A stretch of DNA of 64,000 bases from NCBI RefSeq assembly GCF_037042905.1, contig NC_087245.1:31746001-31810000 (forward strand), given 5' to 3'. Of the stretch, positions 50,866 to 63,935 are shown one piece after another; position 1 is the stretch's first letter; the number at the start of each line of letters is the position of its first letter. The stretch comes from Lytechinus pictus. Lineage: Eukaryota. The notes below the pieces were generated by a model. The model saw only the letters and a program-made list of their open reading frames with translations, ran no database searches and was not told the origin of the DNA. Made by a program: the position numbers and the translations under genes.

Positions 50866-52289
50866 AGAGCAGTCGGTGATCACACCTTTGATGAACTTGG
50901 TTAGATCTTAATGATTATATGTATTTTGATGATCCATTAGAATCTAGGCCATCCTCTGTTTTATAAAGAGCTTCGACTGAATCAGATCAGTTGTCCCTGC
51001 TATCTCTGAAGTTAGGACCTCTTAAAGTTGGGGGCTCTGTTGATTTAAACTACCATTACTGTTTTCTCTGATCAAGGAATTTTGCTATTCAGAGACTTCT
51101 GATGTTTCAATTTAGATCAGAACAAACTAAGACCTTATCTGCCTGTACCTCTATTCATTTTCCTTTTGATTTTCACTGTTCAGTGCACCTCCGTCGATCC
51201 TCGACCCACCCCTCCTACTCTCCTCAACTTGCTTCTTCCATGTCTTTGGCCATCCCCTTCTTGAACCTCCCATCCAGAGAACTCAGAGAACCTTCATGCT
51301 TGTCATCCTTCCCAGTTTGTGTTCTTACCACTGTACCACCCCATTTACTTTCACCAACCGGTTCACTACTTGATACTATACACACACAAAAAATGATGTT
51401 ATACAAAAGAAATTTATTTTTAGCCAGCAGATTTTATTTCTTTCCCCCAATTACATTTATGGAGCTTAGTTTGTAAGAAAAGCAAGGCCGTTTTGTTCAA
51501 CCTATCTTTGTACTTTACATGGTTTTAAACAATGACTCACGTCATACTCCATGGAACGCATTCAATGCATCCACATGTTTCTTTGATATCTGCCAAGTTA
51601 TGATTTCCTCTCTTTTCCCCGCAAAATATGAGATCATGTTGTGGTTTGAATAAAAAATTAATAAGCCAGTGATTTCCTTGTAATGTCAGTGAATTTTGTC
51701 ACGAACCCTTGAACAAATATTTGGCTTTATTTGATGGTTCCATCAAAGCTTTGTAATACTCAAGCTGCATGGTGACAAGGAAACTGATAATACGCCACAC
51801 CTGTTCTTGTTGCTGCAGACTTATTCCCTTCTACTTTGATAATAAGACAATGAAATATTGCCAAATTCGTCATAATATGAACCATTCTGAAAGTATGTTA
51901 TGCCAACATGATATTAAGATGAGTCAGATATTTCCTAAGATATGCCAATTTTTTTTGTATTTTGTCTAGTATCCAAACCTTCTTCCTTCAACTAATCTTT
52001 TGAAAAATAATACTACAGAGGACTTTTCATAAAGCAAAAAAAAATCAGTCTCTGCCAATCGGGTGCAAGGAGTTGAGTTGCTTTTAACACTTGTCAATGA
52101 AACAATATTGCAAAATTGTTTTATGAAACACTCACCACAGCATCAACAATTTGTTGTATGTCTAATCAGAGCTGACCGCTGTTCTTGATTTGATTGGCTA
52201 AGAAACACTGTTATGATGAATATGATAGCTGCTAGATGAAATTAGATTTTTTTGGATATAATTCCTTTCATAAAATACTCCCCAGTCCT

Positions 52290-52450
52290 GAGATGCCATG
52301 GCAGAGTGGTCCAAGGCGTCTGACTGGACATCTGAAGCCTGGGGTTCGATCCCCGGCCACAACACCTATACCCGTGAGCAGTGCATTTAATTAGTAGTGC
52401 TGTTTAAACTACATTGAAATAAATAGAAATGCTATATGAATTTTTTTTTT
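52290..52450 (+). mobile_element. tRNA-derived SINE (head plus short body)
   Basis: A-box TGGCAGAGTGG and B-box GGTTCGATCCC, then cccgtgagcagtgcattt. No proper acceptor stem. Confidence 0.65.
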
Positions 52451-53515
52451 TTTTAATGTCCCCAGTGCACTGTTGCATCAAAGATCCAATTATACAATTG
52501 AGTGTAACTGTTGGTCTTAAGCAATCCATGTATAATTGCAATCAATTGTAAATATAAAGCATATCTCTTTATGTCGTTCCCCCACCCCCATCTCGTAAAA
52601 AAATAGATTAAAGAAATCTACAAAGATCTTCGGGTGTATCACATGCCGCTATCAATTACAATACAAACAGTTTCCATTTCTAATTGAGCACTTGACCTTA
52701 ATTTCCAGAGTAGCAATTGCAACCATCTGTTTCAACCAACAAGGACCTTGTGATATTTTACACTATTAGGAAAAGGCTAAGAACCGATATGTGATGACAA
52801 TGGTGAAATAAACAGTCACGGACCTGCATGGTATACTACATGTAAGTTACACTGTGACGTAGACGGTTACATAGTACGTGATTGACCCACGTTGTACTAT
52901 ATATAGAAGTGATTCTGTTCATGTTTGGCCTTGCTGCGGTAATGGGGGTCAGTTGGTGATAATCCAGTGAAACTATTTCTGATGTCATAGTGATTATCAG
53001 GTGTGGTTTCCTGCGATGGTAGAATGGACGATAGATGGTGCTTGGCCTAGATAACAACGTCAAGATTCAGGTTTGGCTTCGATAGCTGTGCGTGACATGT
53101 TGTGAAATTACGCAAGTCAGGTGATAGGAATATTGATTGTATTCAAGAAACATGCATTAAGATATCAAATAGCAACATTTTATGCTTCTGTGATTAATTT
53201 TTATGTATCTATTTAATCACCTCACTGTCTGTTTGAAAAAAATAGAGGGCTTGAACCTCAGATCTTTGAATTGGTTAATAACTTCCCCATAAACCAATTA
53301 TACATGTATCTATGGAAAAGGCAAAATCAGTTTCACATTCATTCAAAATTACTTTCATAGTAGATTAGTTGATCCCTCCTCAAAAGTATATGCCCATTAT
53401 GCCACATGGTTAACAGCATTGAATCCTGTAGGAAGCTAAGAAGAGGGTCCTTGGGTTTATTCATTTGCACATCCATTCAAAATTACTTTCGTAACAGAAC
53501 TTTGGACCTATTAGA

Positions 53516-53959
53516 CAGTGGCAACACTGGCTCTGGTCCGACGATCCCAGACCAGTAAAAATTGCTGTCAGGCCAGTAACTTTTCAGAAATAGCCAGATA
53601 TACTGGTCTGACATGACCAGTAAATAATATATCAAACTAATATAAATGATATTTTCTCCTCTTTAGTAAATAATAAAATGGATTTGGCACCTTAAAAAAT
53701 GGTTTTCCAAAATTGAGAAGTGGTTCTCATGAATGATGTTGCGTGTGTGTATGTGTTTACCGTTTATTAGTATTTTTTGTGGGGGGGGGGGCAATAAAAG
53801 CAATAAAAGATAGCAAAAAACAAGTCTTTATGATTTCCTCTATTTTGGGGGACCAGTAAATTTAAGGTTCGGACCAGTAAAAAATTGAAAAACTGGGTAT
53901 CTACTGGTCCAACATGAATAGGTTGGACCAGTAGAAAAAAGGGTTAGTGTGGAGCCCCG
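53516..53959. mobile_element. hAT-like MITE with internal GACCAGTA repeats
   Basis: Multiple gaccagta / tactggtc motifs; ends gttagtgtggagccccg. Confidence 0.5.
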
Positions 53960-55644
53960 TTTAATTAGAACATGAGGAAGAAGATAGCTAGCCAACCAAG
54001 GTGTGTAGATGAGAACAGTAACCTGGAATTCAATTGAATTTGGCCGTGTTAACTATTACGCAATCGATTCTATAACATTTTTAAGGCTTCACAAGTTGAT
54101 ATGCAATGTGATAGGAGACAGAATTATGCAGACAGGTCTTTCCCCAGAGGAAATACTATGTCTCAGACAATAGCGAGATAACTAACTTGATTATTTCTCC
54201 TCCTCTTCGCAGACTTCCACGTCTCCTTCCAACATAATTAGTTTAGTCATTCGTTACTCGGTTCATTAATGGAGCTGTTTTTATTACTTCCTATTTATTA
54301 TTGATGTATATAGTGCAAAGAAGTGTCCAAAAGAGATCTATGAGAGATGAATGCTTTTGGAATTCATGCTTCTGTCATATTTGTTGATCTATGTTTATTA
54401 CTAAATTTCAATTGGAAATTACATCTTTGAGAAGGAAATCTGCACTATTAATAATAATGATAAAAGGCAATGTGATTCTGAAAAGGATATAGCATTCGTT
54501 TATAGAGACATTTGAAAAAAATGTGTTTATTTGGGTTATATTTAAAAAGATGAACAATAGGACTTTTACTACCATTTGAAATTTTGTGGTGAAGTTTTTA
54601 TTTTATGATGAATCTTATTTGGTTTAGTTTAAAGTACATGTACACAAATTCTTGCATTCCATGGGTTGAAGTCAAAGGAAAAGATTTATTCAGCTTCATA
54701 ATGCCCAATCACTCTTTATTGACAGAGGAAGAACAAGGCATAGCTGTTATTAGATGATGCTTGATACGACCCAGAAAAAAAATAGACCAGGACTTCCCCT
54801 TGTTCCAGTTCTCTGATGGACTGGAACCCAACAATGGTCAGTTTCTATCGTTGGTCAATTAAACCTGCGACCGCCCCCCTGAGGCGCGGAGAACGTCGTC
54901 TGACTCTGTTCCAGGTCTGTCATTGGCTTACCTGTCGACAGCAGGAAGGGGAAAAGAGATGGATGAGCTAGATTAACCCCAAGGAAAATTATTTTGAGAA
55001 GAATGTGTCTATGCTATGAGGAGTCAATTGATGACTTATCATATTTTATATATGTAGGTGTCACTTGTATTTAATAGACCTTGGGATTGAAGTCTTCCAT
55101 GCAAAACCCTTGGCAAGCGAATGTTGCAATTTTGCACATTCGTACAATAGAATTCAACACTTGTAATAATTAGTTTTCTCCCTTACCTTTATACTGGAGA
55201 GTTTGATAAGTGGTTTAAGTTCTTGTTTAACATCTACATAAAAATTATTAGTATAAGCAATGTAATATTGCAATCTAGATTTAAAGAAAACAACATTAAT
55301 ACAATTGTCATGAATATCTTCAAGAATTGTTTCAGGGTGCGAAGAGTTGAGTAATATAAACACAGCTCGAAAGTACTGTATTCCCTTAAGTATGTTGTCA
55401 GAATTATATTCCAACTCTGCTTTTAGCCAATCAAAAGTCATGATTTCGAGGTGCTTACAGCAGTAGCTTCCAAATATCTGTGATAATTTTTATGAAGCAG
55501 AACCCTCGATACTTCATAATTTTCTTCACATCCTTGGGACTAAAGTTCCTTGAAAAGTGCTACATGTACATGTACATTCCGTGAAAAATGCTACTATCCA
55601 TGGGAATGATGTGTACGATCCGATTATGGAAATAGATGAATATA

Positions 55645-56085
55645 CAGACCTGCTAACCAGTACGTTTTAGCCGTATTTAGTACGTTTTTGCAACCAAAAT
55701 ACGGCAGTACGTTTTTCATAAAAAAATATGTTTTTTGTATTTTTTTTTTTTTTTTTACAAAATCGTAATTTATTGAGAAAAATCATCTCTATATGTCTCT
55801 ATTTCATAAAATGTACACAAATATGGTTATTAGATCAATTTAATTTCAGGTAACTTGTTTTTTTTTTCAATCATTTTGTAAAAACCAGTGTGAGATATAC
55901 ACAAGTTTCAATGTTTTTTTTTTTTCATCTGCAAGAGCAGTGCGCATTTTAGCTTGCATGCAGCTTGAGCGCCGTGATGGGCGAGTGCGCCAAGCATTTT
56001 ATTATGAAATACACTTTTTTGGGGGAAAATACAGTTTTTTGTGTCACAGAATACAGTTTTTCATTCCCAGAGGTTGGCAGGTCTG
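55645..56085. mobile_element. MITE with CAGACCTGC(T/C)AACC terminal inverted repeats
   Basis: CAGACCTGCTAACC ... GGTTGGCAGGTCTG, with subterminal agtacgtttt / aatacagtttt repeats. Confidence 0.8.
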
Positions 56086-57096
56086 AATTTATCAGGCCGC
56101 TCTTTCAGAAAACTTTGTCAGTCATAAACTCCCAACAAATTAACCATAACAGTAGTTTGTTTACTTTCCATTGATCATTAATGAAACAGGGGCCATGTCT
56201 TTTGCTGTCATTGGATTCTGTTAATGGTCTTTGCAGATTATATTGTTCATTAGTATTCTGTGTCTGAAGATGATGTGCTCTCGCACATAATTCTTCAATG
56301 TTCTATTTTCAGTTCATGTACTAGGGGCAAGCTATTTGCATGGGAGTCTCAAATTTGGTTACTGTCTCTGCCCCCCCCAAAAAGAGAAAAATGGTTTCTT
56401 TCAGAACAGTGATATACAAAAGATGGCAGAGTGAAATGTTACGCCTGATCTTGACTTGCTCGCACATTTGAAAACATATTTATCCTTTGTCAACAAAATT
56501 GTAATTATCTTAGTAATTTGTTGTTGGAACAAATTAAGAATTTTATTAAGAAGCAGCATCTCATTCTGATATCTGAATGTCACTCAGAGTTGGACTTGTG
56601 TTACATTATTTGTCTTGTGGTTTAACTGGTTATTCCTTTGGTTCATTTACACACTGTAATCCTGCCACCTTAATAATAATCTCACCACCTGAATTTTCAA
56701 GTTCTTTCTCAATTTTTTGTTTTTCCCCTCTGGGCAATCCTCATCACTTAAACATTTACAAGTCTCTTTTTATTGGTAACATTATCCTGTAGTTTTCTTT
56801 TGCAACTCTTTGTTATATGTCTGAGCATTCTGTATGATTATATACCCTATATGCATCTATGTACGGTATTTAAAGTCATTGTAAAACAAATGGTATTGTA
56901 AAATGTGAGCAAACAAAAATGCCACACTGGAAAATAATGTGAAGTTGAATCTAATTGAATTACTGTTACTTATAAATAAATTGAGGCTCTATGAACAATG
57001 GCAGTGTGACCACTCGTACGATACTCTTTTATCCATCGATCGCCTTAAATAAACATTTTCCATCTTTTAATGGCTGTCATCTTGGTCTATTTTCAG

Positions 57097-57306
57097 CTCT
57101 TACTCTCGTACCTAAGTCGTGTGGTGAGCAACGAGTCACAGAACAAGATGTCCTTGAACAATGTGGCCATGATCATGGCACCCAACCTGTTCTCTGGACG
57201 AGCCATCTCAAGGAAGAAGTCACCTGACTACTCGGAGCTTCACATAGCGGCGGGGACGTCAAACATCATGCGCATGCTTGTCAAATACCACAACATCCTG
57301 TGGGTG
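57097..57306 (+). CDS. ARHGAP18: RhoGAP exon, end of GAP domain: LLLSYLSRVVSNESQNKMSLNNVAMIMAPNLFSGRAISRKKSPDYSELHIAAGTSNIMRMLVKYHNILWV
   Basis: NKM-x-x-x-NVAM-x-MAPNLF and AAGT-x-N motifs; cag acceptor and GTG|GTATGT donor; phase 0/0. Confidence 0.97.
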
Positions 57307-57889
57307 GTATGTAGTATTTCCGTTTTAGTATGGTGGTTGGTGGCATGGTTGCACTCAGAGGCACGCTACTTTCTTGATAGTTTTAAATCAGTCTGCACTT
57401 ACTCCTCAAATTGACGATTCTAAAATACTTTTCCCTCTCATATTGTTCTTAATTTCCTGAAGAATATCAAATATGGATACAGTGTATAACATTACATAAA
57501 AAAAAAAATTAGTTGACATAAATTTCAAGATTTCTTTAAGTTACCAATTTGCAGCTTTATAGAGTGATTTCAATGTTTTCATGGCATTGCCAATTTAGAG
57601 AGTGTAAATGATAAGCTTCAATGTGAAAAGTTTTTATTCAGGGATGGTAAAGCATATGGCACTAGAAGTGGTATCAACTTGTTTTCAGTGCATTTTCATC
57701 TTTCTAATCATATTGCCGTGTTAGAGATTGCTCACTCAAAAAGGTTGCAAAAAAACCCAAAAAAAACAAAACAGGCAAATGCAGTCAACTTATAGTTTGC
57801 ATTCCATGCTGATTTGGTGTCTTGGTTTATAACGTTTTTCACTCCATTATCTTTCATCTTCCTTTGCTTTCTTTCTCTTCATCTACCAG

Positions 57890-57964
57890 GTTCCTTTCAG
57901 GATGTTAGAGCAGGTGCGGAAGATGTATGAGGTTGACATGAAGAGAGCAAAAGACTCCAAATCG
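57890..57964 (+). CDS. ARHGAP18: RhoGAP exon: VPFRMLEQVRKMYEVDMKRAKDSKS
   Basis: P-x-x-x-x-x-QVRK motif after LW; strong pyrimidine tract, cag acceptor and TCG|GTAAGA donor. Confidence 0.93.
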
Positions 57965-58007
57965 GTAAGAACTATTCCTTATCACACCAATATCTTTGGG
58001 GTTTATA

Positions 58008-58520
58008 TAATCACTTTCGTCTACAAGCTGTTGGTCTATTTCTCAAATATCCTATAACCACATTGGGCTAAACTCATAGTTTATGTTTACTCGGTCTGCA
58101 ACCAGTTGGTCTACTTCAAAGATCTAAGACCACATGGGCTAATCCCATTTGGTCTATGCTCAATCTGGTCTAATTACCCATTGGTCTACTCAGCACTTGG
58201 TCTAATGCTGATATAGTCTAATTCTCAATTATTCCAATATCCAATTGATCTGATTTCCACATATTGTTTTTACTTTGTCAAATAGAAAATTTGGTTCATA
58301 AACAGCACATTGAACCATATAGACTGTGTTTGACCAGGTGGCTAACTATATAGATGAAATGGGTATATAGCCTTACTGGAAATTAGACAAAATGGTAAAG
58401 TAGCTAAACTGTAATTATACCAAAATGGTTGGTAGACAACCTGGTTGTAGAGAAGTAGGATTGGACCAAGTGGTATTTAGACCAAATGGAAAGTATATGA
58501 AACAGGTCTATAGACTAATC
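58008..58520. mobile_element. Degenerate foldback-type element made of TTGGTCTA repeats (left) and TAGACCAA-type repeats (right)
   Basis: Repeated ttggtcta motifs at ~58030-58220 and complementary tagac(c)aa motifs at ~58380-58515. Confidence 0.55.
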
Positions 58521-59751
58521 AATAATTTATATATCTTTGCATATATATGTGTGTGCCTATACACCCATCCATGTACAAATGTATACACTGTATATATACA
58601 CATGGGCTAACAGTACACTAATGGGCTGATTTGGGATTAATGCAGTGAAAGTTCATAGGGGCTGCATTTAAACCATGTATATTCCATTATGTTGAAGAAG
58701 TTGTGGTTCATAAATTCTTGAGGAATTTCGATCATGTTGGATGTTAAGAGTAATTAATGAAATAGTGTTTTTTTTTTAAGCTTGTTTTTTTAATTCAGGA
58801 GTAATTGTAAAGTATTGAATCAAGTGGATGCATCAATGGCATTTGACAGAAATGAGAGACAATTTTGATTGTTATGGTATCTCTCAATAATACATTCAAC
58901 CAACATCACAAGGAAAATTATCTGCCTTTCATACTCTTCTACTTCTTGTGATATGTAGCACCATTTAATTTCTTTTTCGGAAGTGTATATTATCTGTGCG
59001 CTCTTGTAATATTTCGTTCCACTGCTGTGTGTGTGTGTGTCTAGCAAAAATATTTCTTTTCTACAATGAATGTAACAGCATGTACCCCCTTCTGTTTCAT
59101 TTTCACCTGTTTTATTTAATGTTCCTTGTACTTCCCTACTGTCCCGTTGCTCACAGGTTGAACATTGGTCAAGTGTTCAAAAATAAAGTAATTTTATACC
59201 AGATTTATTTTTCTCCTTTTGATTTCGTGAAGTGAAATCTTCACAAATTTTTGTAATATCCATAAATGTAAAAATCTGTTACTTAAAAGACTTTATGTGT
59301 AGCAACCTTTAAAAAATGTGGATCATATTGTGATGCAATACCAAGAAAGGGATTTCCTAGACTGTATTCAGTATTTGGTTCATGGGGTAGTGGCGTTCAT
59401 ATTCTAGACAATTGTGAAAAGTTCCCTCTGGTCACTTGGAAGGGGTAGATATTTTAGAATTTGGAATCATGTTAGAATGGGAATTCTTTTAAAGTATTGT
59501 GTACATTAATGATATATCAGTTTATCTATTTTAATTTTCCTTTTCCCACCCATAATAAAATACTTATATCAAGCCATCATGAATAGGTACATGGCAGATT
59601 TCCAAATCTCTTTAATTTTTACTTCATTGTTGTAAGGAGTGAAGCAATATCTCCTTTCTGAACTCATTCATTCATCCATCCATCAATCCATCTATCTAGA
59701 CAAAAAAATCTACCTTGTTCTATCTTTCCATCATGTCTCTCCCCCATCTAG

Positions 59752-59802
59752 GTCATGACGTTATTCAAGAGAAGCAAAGATAAGAGGAGTGGCATCTATG
59801 AG
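59752..59802 (+). CDS. ARHGAP18: RhoGAP exon: VMTLFKRSKDKRSGIYE
   Basis: Pyrimidine tract plus tag acceptor; 51 nt, phase 0/0; basic linker as expected after the GAP domain. The donor GAG|GTTAAC is weak. Confidence 0.75.
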
Positions 59803-60230
59803 GTTAACAAACACACGCAAACTTTTACATGCATTGTGCATTATGAAATGCATCCTTGCCTAACATTGCATTAAGCTGTGCAGAACCCCGGCGCAGTGCT
59901 TTGCATGTTGCCATCAAATAAAACAACTTGTCGATGATTTAACCTCAATTTTCGCTGCATGTTTATGTCTACATTACAAATTGGATGCACTTCGATCGAT
60001 CTAAAGCATGCAATGCACCTTAATTTGTCGCTACTTTTATGATTTCAATTGGCATGATATAATTTTTGTAATAATGATATTTTTTGTTGTTACTTTGTAT
60101 TATTTGACAGATTTCTTCAACTTCTTTTCTTTTATTAACTCTCTCATACTTTTGATCACTTTTTCCTTCTTTATTTTGTTTACAACTTTTTCATAACATG
60201 TATACAATGTCATTGTTGCTAACCCTATCT

Positions 60231-60431
60231 GGGCAATTCCATAAAATATGTACATCTGACCCCCTATATGAGGGACCTTCATGAATTTTTTTGTGTCAGA
60301 TTTTTTGTTCTTTCAACAGTCTGTAATGTTCTCTAATGGACCATGACTTGGTCAGTTTATGAAGTGAAGTAAGGCTTGAGAAAATTGGGGGTCGGACGTA
60401 CAAAAAGGTTGATCATTTTATGGAATTGCCC
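60231..60431. mobile_element. 201-bp MITE with 4-bp target duplication (Sola2-like GRG ends)
   Basis: ATCT|GGGCAATTCCATAAAAT ... ATTTTATGGAATTGCCC|ATCT, a perfect 17-bp TIR. Confidence 0.85.
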
Positions 60432-61802
60432 ATCTATGTTTTAATATTTCTTTGATCTACATGTATGTGATTCTATATGCTCATCTAAATTCATCTCGTA
60501 ACATTTATGCATGACATATGAAATGAAACTCTTAATTTCAAGAAAACCCTGTTTTTTTAAGCTTTGCTATTATGGAACTGAGAACCATATTAGGCCTCAC
60601 GGAATCTTAGTCTAGGTTCTTATGCTGCTAGTTCACTAGCAGCGATACGCATGAAATGATAAACAAAACTGCAAAGTATTTGATTATTTTTTTACAAGTG
60701 AGCTATGGTACAGGAATAGAACTATCAATGCATACAATTGTATAGGAAACACAAATGCAGAGTCACTGTTGTATGAATGATTTTTAATAAAATCGTATGT
60801 GTTTACTTATATTTCATATGAAATATTGATCATTCATTTCTTCTTTTAACCATAACTTCACTGTCTTGTGATAAAACTAACTTCTTTCCTTTAATACAAA
60901 TAATCAACAGTATCAGTCTTGTTTTGCTCTATGCTGTTATTGTTTTTCTACTATTGAGTTGCAAGTTTTTGTCAACTGAGTATTTTCCAATGGACAGGGA
61001 GCTAATTTGTACCTTGTACTCATAAAGGCGTAAAAGCTTCTGAGAAAAGCCGCAGCTCCAAAATGCATTTAATCATCCAACAATCTACCCAGCTGCATGA
61101 TTACTGTATTAGCTTTGTAAGCTGACCAGAATGTTCATTAAAGCTGCATGTTTTAACTATTTAACATCCTTTAATTGTACTTTTTTGCTTTGTCAAGTTA
61201 ATTGGAATACATTTCTACTAACACCAAATGTTTTAAGGCATTTACTTTTGTAACAAGGGATTCACGTGGGAAGTTAACAATGAACATAGTTACCCCTTTT
61301 CCCCTTTTCTCTCTAGATTTTTCTCTGTTTCTCTCACTTCCCCCTCTCTTAAATACATTTGTTGATTCATAATTAGCTTTAATGATACAAGAAACGTTTT
61401 ATTCAAATATTAATCATAAATTACCAAAGTACTATTCTTTGAAAATTATATTTCCTGACATTTTGAACATGCACACCTACATTTGCTATAAAATGTTTTC
61501 GTTCATGCACACGTTTCTTTTTCTGATTCTGAACTACCACCCTCCACTTCTGATTACTCTTGCAGATGCAATATTTATGCACTACCTTTAATTAATAATT
61601 GAAAAAAATACAGTGAGACATTAATATATCCAATAGGATCAGGATTGCCAGTAAAGATGAGTATCATTCATAGCAAATAACTTCATATTATATCAAAGAG
61701 GGGAAATCCTCGTCATTGATTTCACAATAAATGAAGTGGTCAGTACTCGTAAGCATATTTGGTTGCTCTTATACAAAGTTTTCATCTAATGTGTTGATAC
61801 AG

Positions 61803-62002
61803 GAGGTTGAAGAAGGTATCATTCGAATCCAGACGCCCGGTTCAGTGGAGAAGGTCCTCACGACGATACAGCTCAGCGAGAGGACCACGGCGGGAGACAT
61901 CGTCGCCAAGTTCACCGAGGACACGCCCTTCACGAGTATCGAACCCGCCCCCATGAAGAGGAATAGCCTCAAGAGACGGAGTAGAAAGAAATCAATGCAG
62001 AG
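61803..62002 (+). CDS. ARHGAP18: RhoGAP exon, C-terminal ubiquitin-like region: EVEEGIIRIQTPGSVEKVLTTIQLSERTTAGDIVAKFTEDTPFTSIEPAPMKRNSLKRRSRKKSMQ(R)
   Basis: G-x-IR-x-Q-x-P...IQL...A-x-D-x-x-A-x-F family motif; cag acceptor and AG|GTTAGT donor; phase 0/2. Confidence 0.93.
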
Positions 62003-62695
62003 GTTAGTAGCAGTGAAAACCGAAGAAAACGTTTTCACAGGGGAAAAGATGATTTGATCCCAAAATATGGAAAATAACCTTTTTACTAAGGGACCCCAGG
62101 GTCCCGTAACGTGTTCGCTATGGTCATAAGGTTAGCTACGGTCATAATGGACAAAGGATATGAAAGAATGCCACTGATTGGTTCCTGGTTAGTGTTTTGA
62201 ACAAAATAGCCATCTAACCATAATGCTGATTGGTCATCGATATATAACAATTGATTGCAAACCTTTGTGTTATGGAGCCACAGAAGTTTAATATGGGTTT
62301 GGTTTTTTTTATCTCATTTTGGAAAGAAGGAAGAAAAATATTTTTTTTGATGTAGAATGTCTTATTATTTCCCTCCAGGGGCTCATTTTGTGAAGAGTTC
62401 CAACTGTCGTAACTTTGCCATTATGGCAATTACCATGGTAACAGGGCTCAGCAGCCAATCACAATCAAGGTTTCATGGTCATTGCCATAGTTGTCAGTCT
62501 CTATGAAACAGGGTCCAAACTAGTTTAGCACAGTCATTTTACAGGAATGAAATACATGGGCTAAGAAGCACAATTCCTATGGTAACTGTCGGTTGTTTTC
62601 ATAAGAAACATCCAACAACTCCTTTCATGAAATACTTTCCAGGATTTGCCTTTCATATTTGAGCGATGTTTAAAAGCAGCTGGCACTGCATTATG

Positions 62696-62903
62696 TAATA
62701 ATAATAACAATAATAGACAGTTCTTGTATAGCGCATAACACATTATGACTAACTTCTCTATGCGCGTCCATAGGACTTGGATATCCCGGCTGTAGCTCAA
62801 GCAGCCTTCCGGCGCTCAGTGCATTTCAAGGAATAAATTCCTGCCAAATACCCATTCACCTCACCTGGGTTGAGTGCAGCACAATGTGGATAAATTTCTT
62901 GCT
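62696..62903 (-). mobile_element. 5'-truncated SINE of the 7965/11424 family
   Basis: cacctgggttgagtgcagcacaatgtggataaatttcttgct is shared with 11560-11600; gtatagcgca tail and (taa)n. Confidence 0.75.
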
Positions 62904-63252
62904 AAATTTAGATTTAAAGTTACTATTATGGTAGCCTTTACATCCAATGGCAACTTCCGTGGGATCACTGATTTTGATTGGCTGATTAGCATTGTTACAA
63001 TGGTAGTTACCAATGGATGGTGAAGTTACCATAATAGCAACTTTTACTTGATACAGCAAAGGTTTGCTTTTTCAACACAACTCAAATATGAAGTGCAATT
63101 CCTCAATTCATGCATTGCTATTTGATACTTAGAGTTGCATATTTTTTATAAAGAGTCCCTAGTTTTCATTTCTGCTGGGGATTCAATTTTTTTTTTTATC
63201 ATCACTAACATCACTTGATATTTTTCTCTCCCATTGTCATTATGTCTGACAG

Positions 63253-63335
63253 GAATTCAAGTTATGATATGATTAGCAACATCACCTCAAGTAAAGCACC
63301 AAAGTTCTATCTCTATGAAGTTGGGGGTAGCATAG
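63253..63335 (+). CDS. ARHGAP18: RhoGAP exon: (R)NSSYDMISNITSSKAPKFYLYEVGGSI(G)
   Basis: LYE-x-GG-x-IG motif; cag acceptor and G|GTAAGT donor; phase 2/1. Confidence 0.95.
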
Positions 63336-63935
63336 GTAAGTTGAAATTTTTGTAAATTATTTCCCCACTAACGTAGAATAAAGCTATGGCCTTTACCATA
63401 CCCTCCTTCTTGCCTGTGTCTGTAGATAACACCGTGGGTTTTTTTTAAAATCGCAGAGAAATCTCACTGGTAGCGAAACCATAGATATTACCTTTTTAGG
63501 TACCTATGAAAGTACTGAGTATGGAGTACTGATTATAAGTTTCTTTCATAAAGCCTTTTTATTTGAACCTATTGCACAGTGTGGAGGGCGCATCCAATAT
63601 GAAATTCAGCACCCAAATATGAAATTAACAAAATTATGTTGTCATCTACCTCTAAATTTCAATTATGATTTGAATCTTCTAATTTATACAAGAAATCATA
63701 AATATGCTCTATTTAATTAGATTAGGAGCCCCCACAATTTGTATTTGTTTGTCTGGATAATCTTTTAGATATTCTGATGTGATGTCCAATATAGAAGTGT
63801 TTGTGTAGATATATTTATATTGTTGAAATACAGAAAGTTTCTGAATAAAATTGATTTTTTGAATACTCTTTATTCTTGTATGCTGAGCAACACTTGATGC
63901 ATTCTTTCACTTTCCTCCTTTTTTTTTGATAACAG

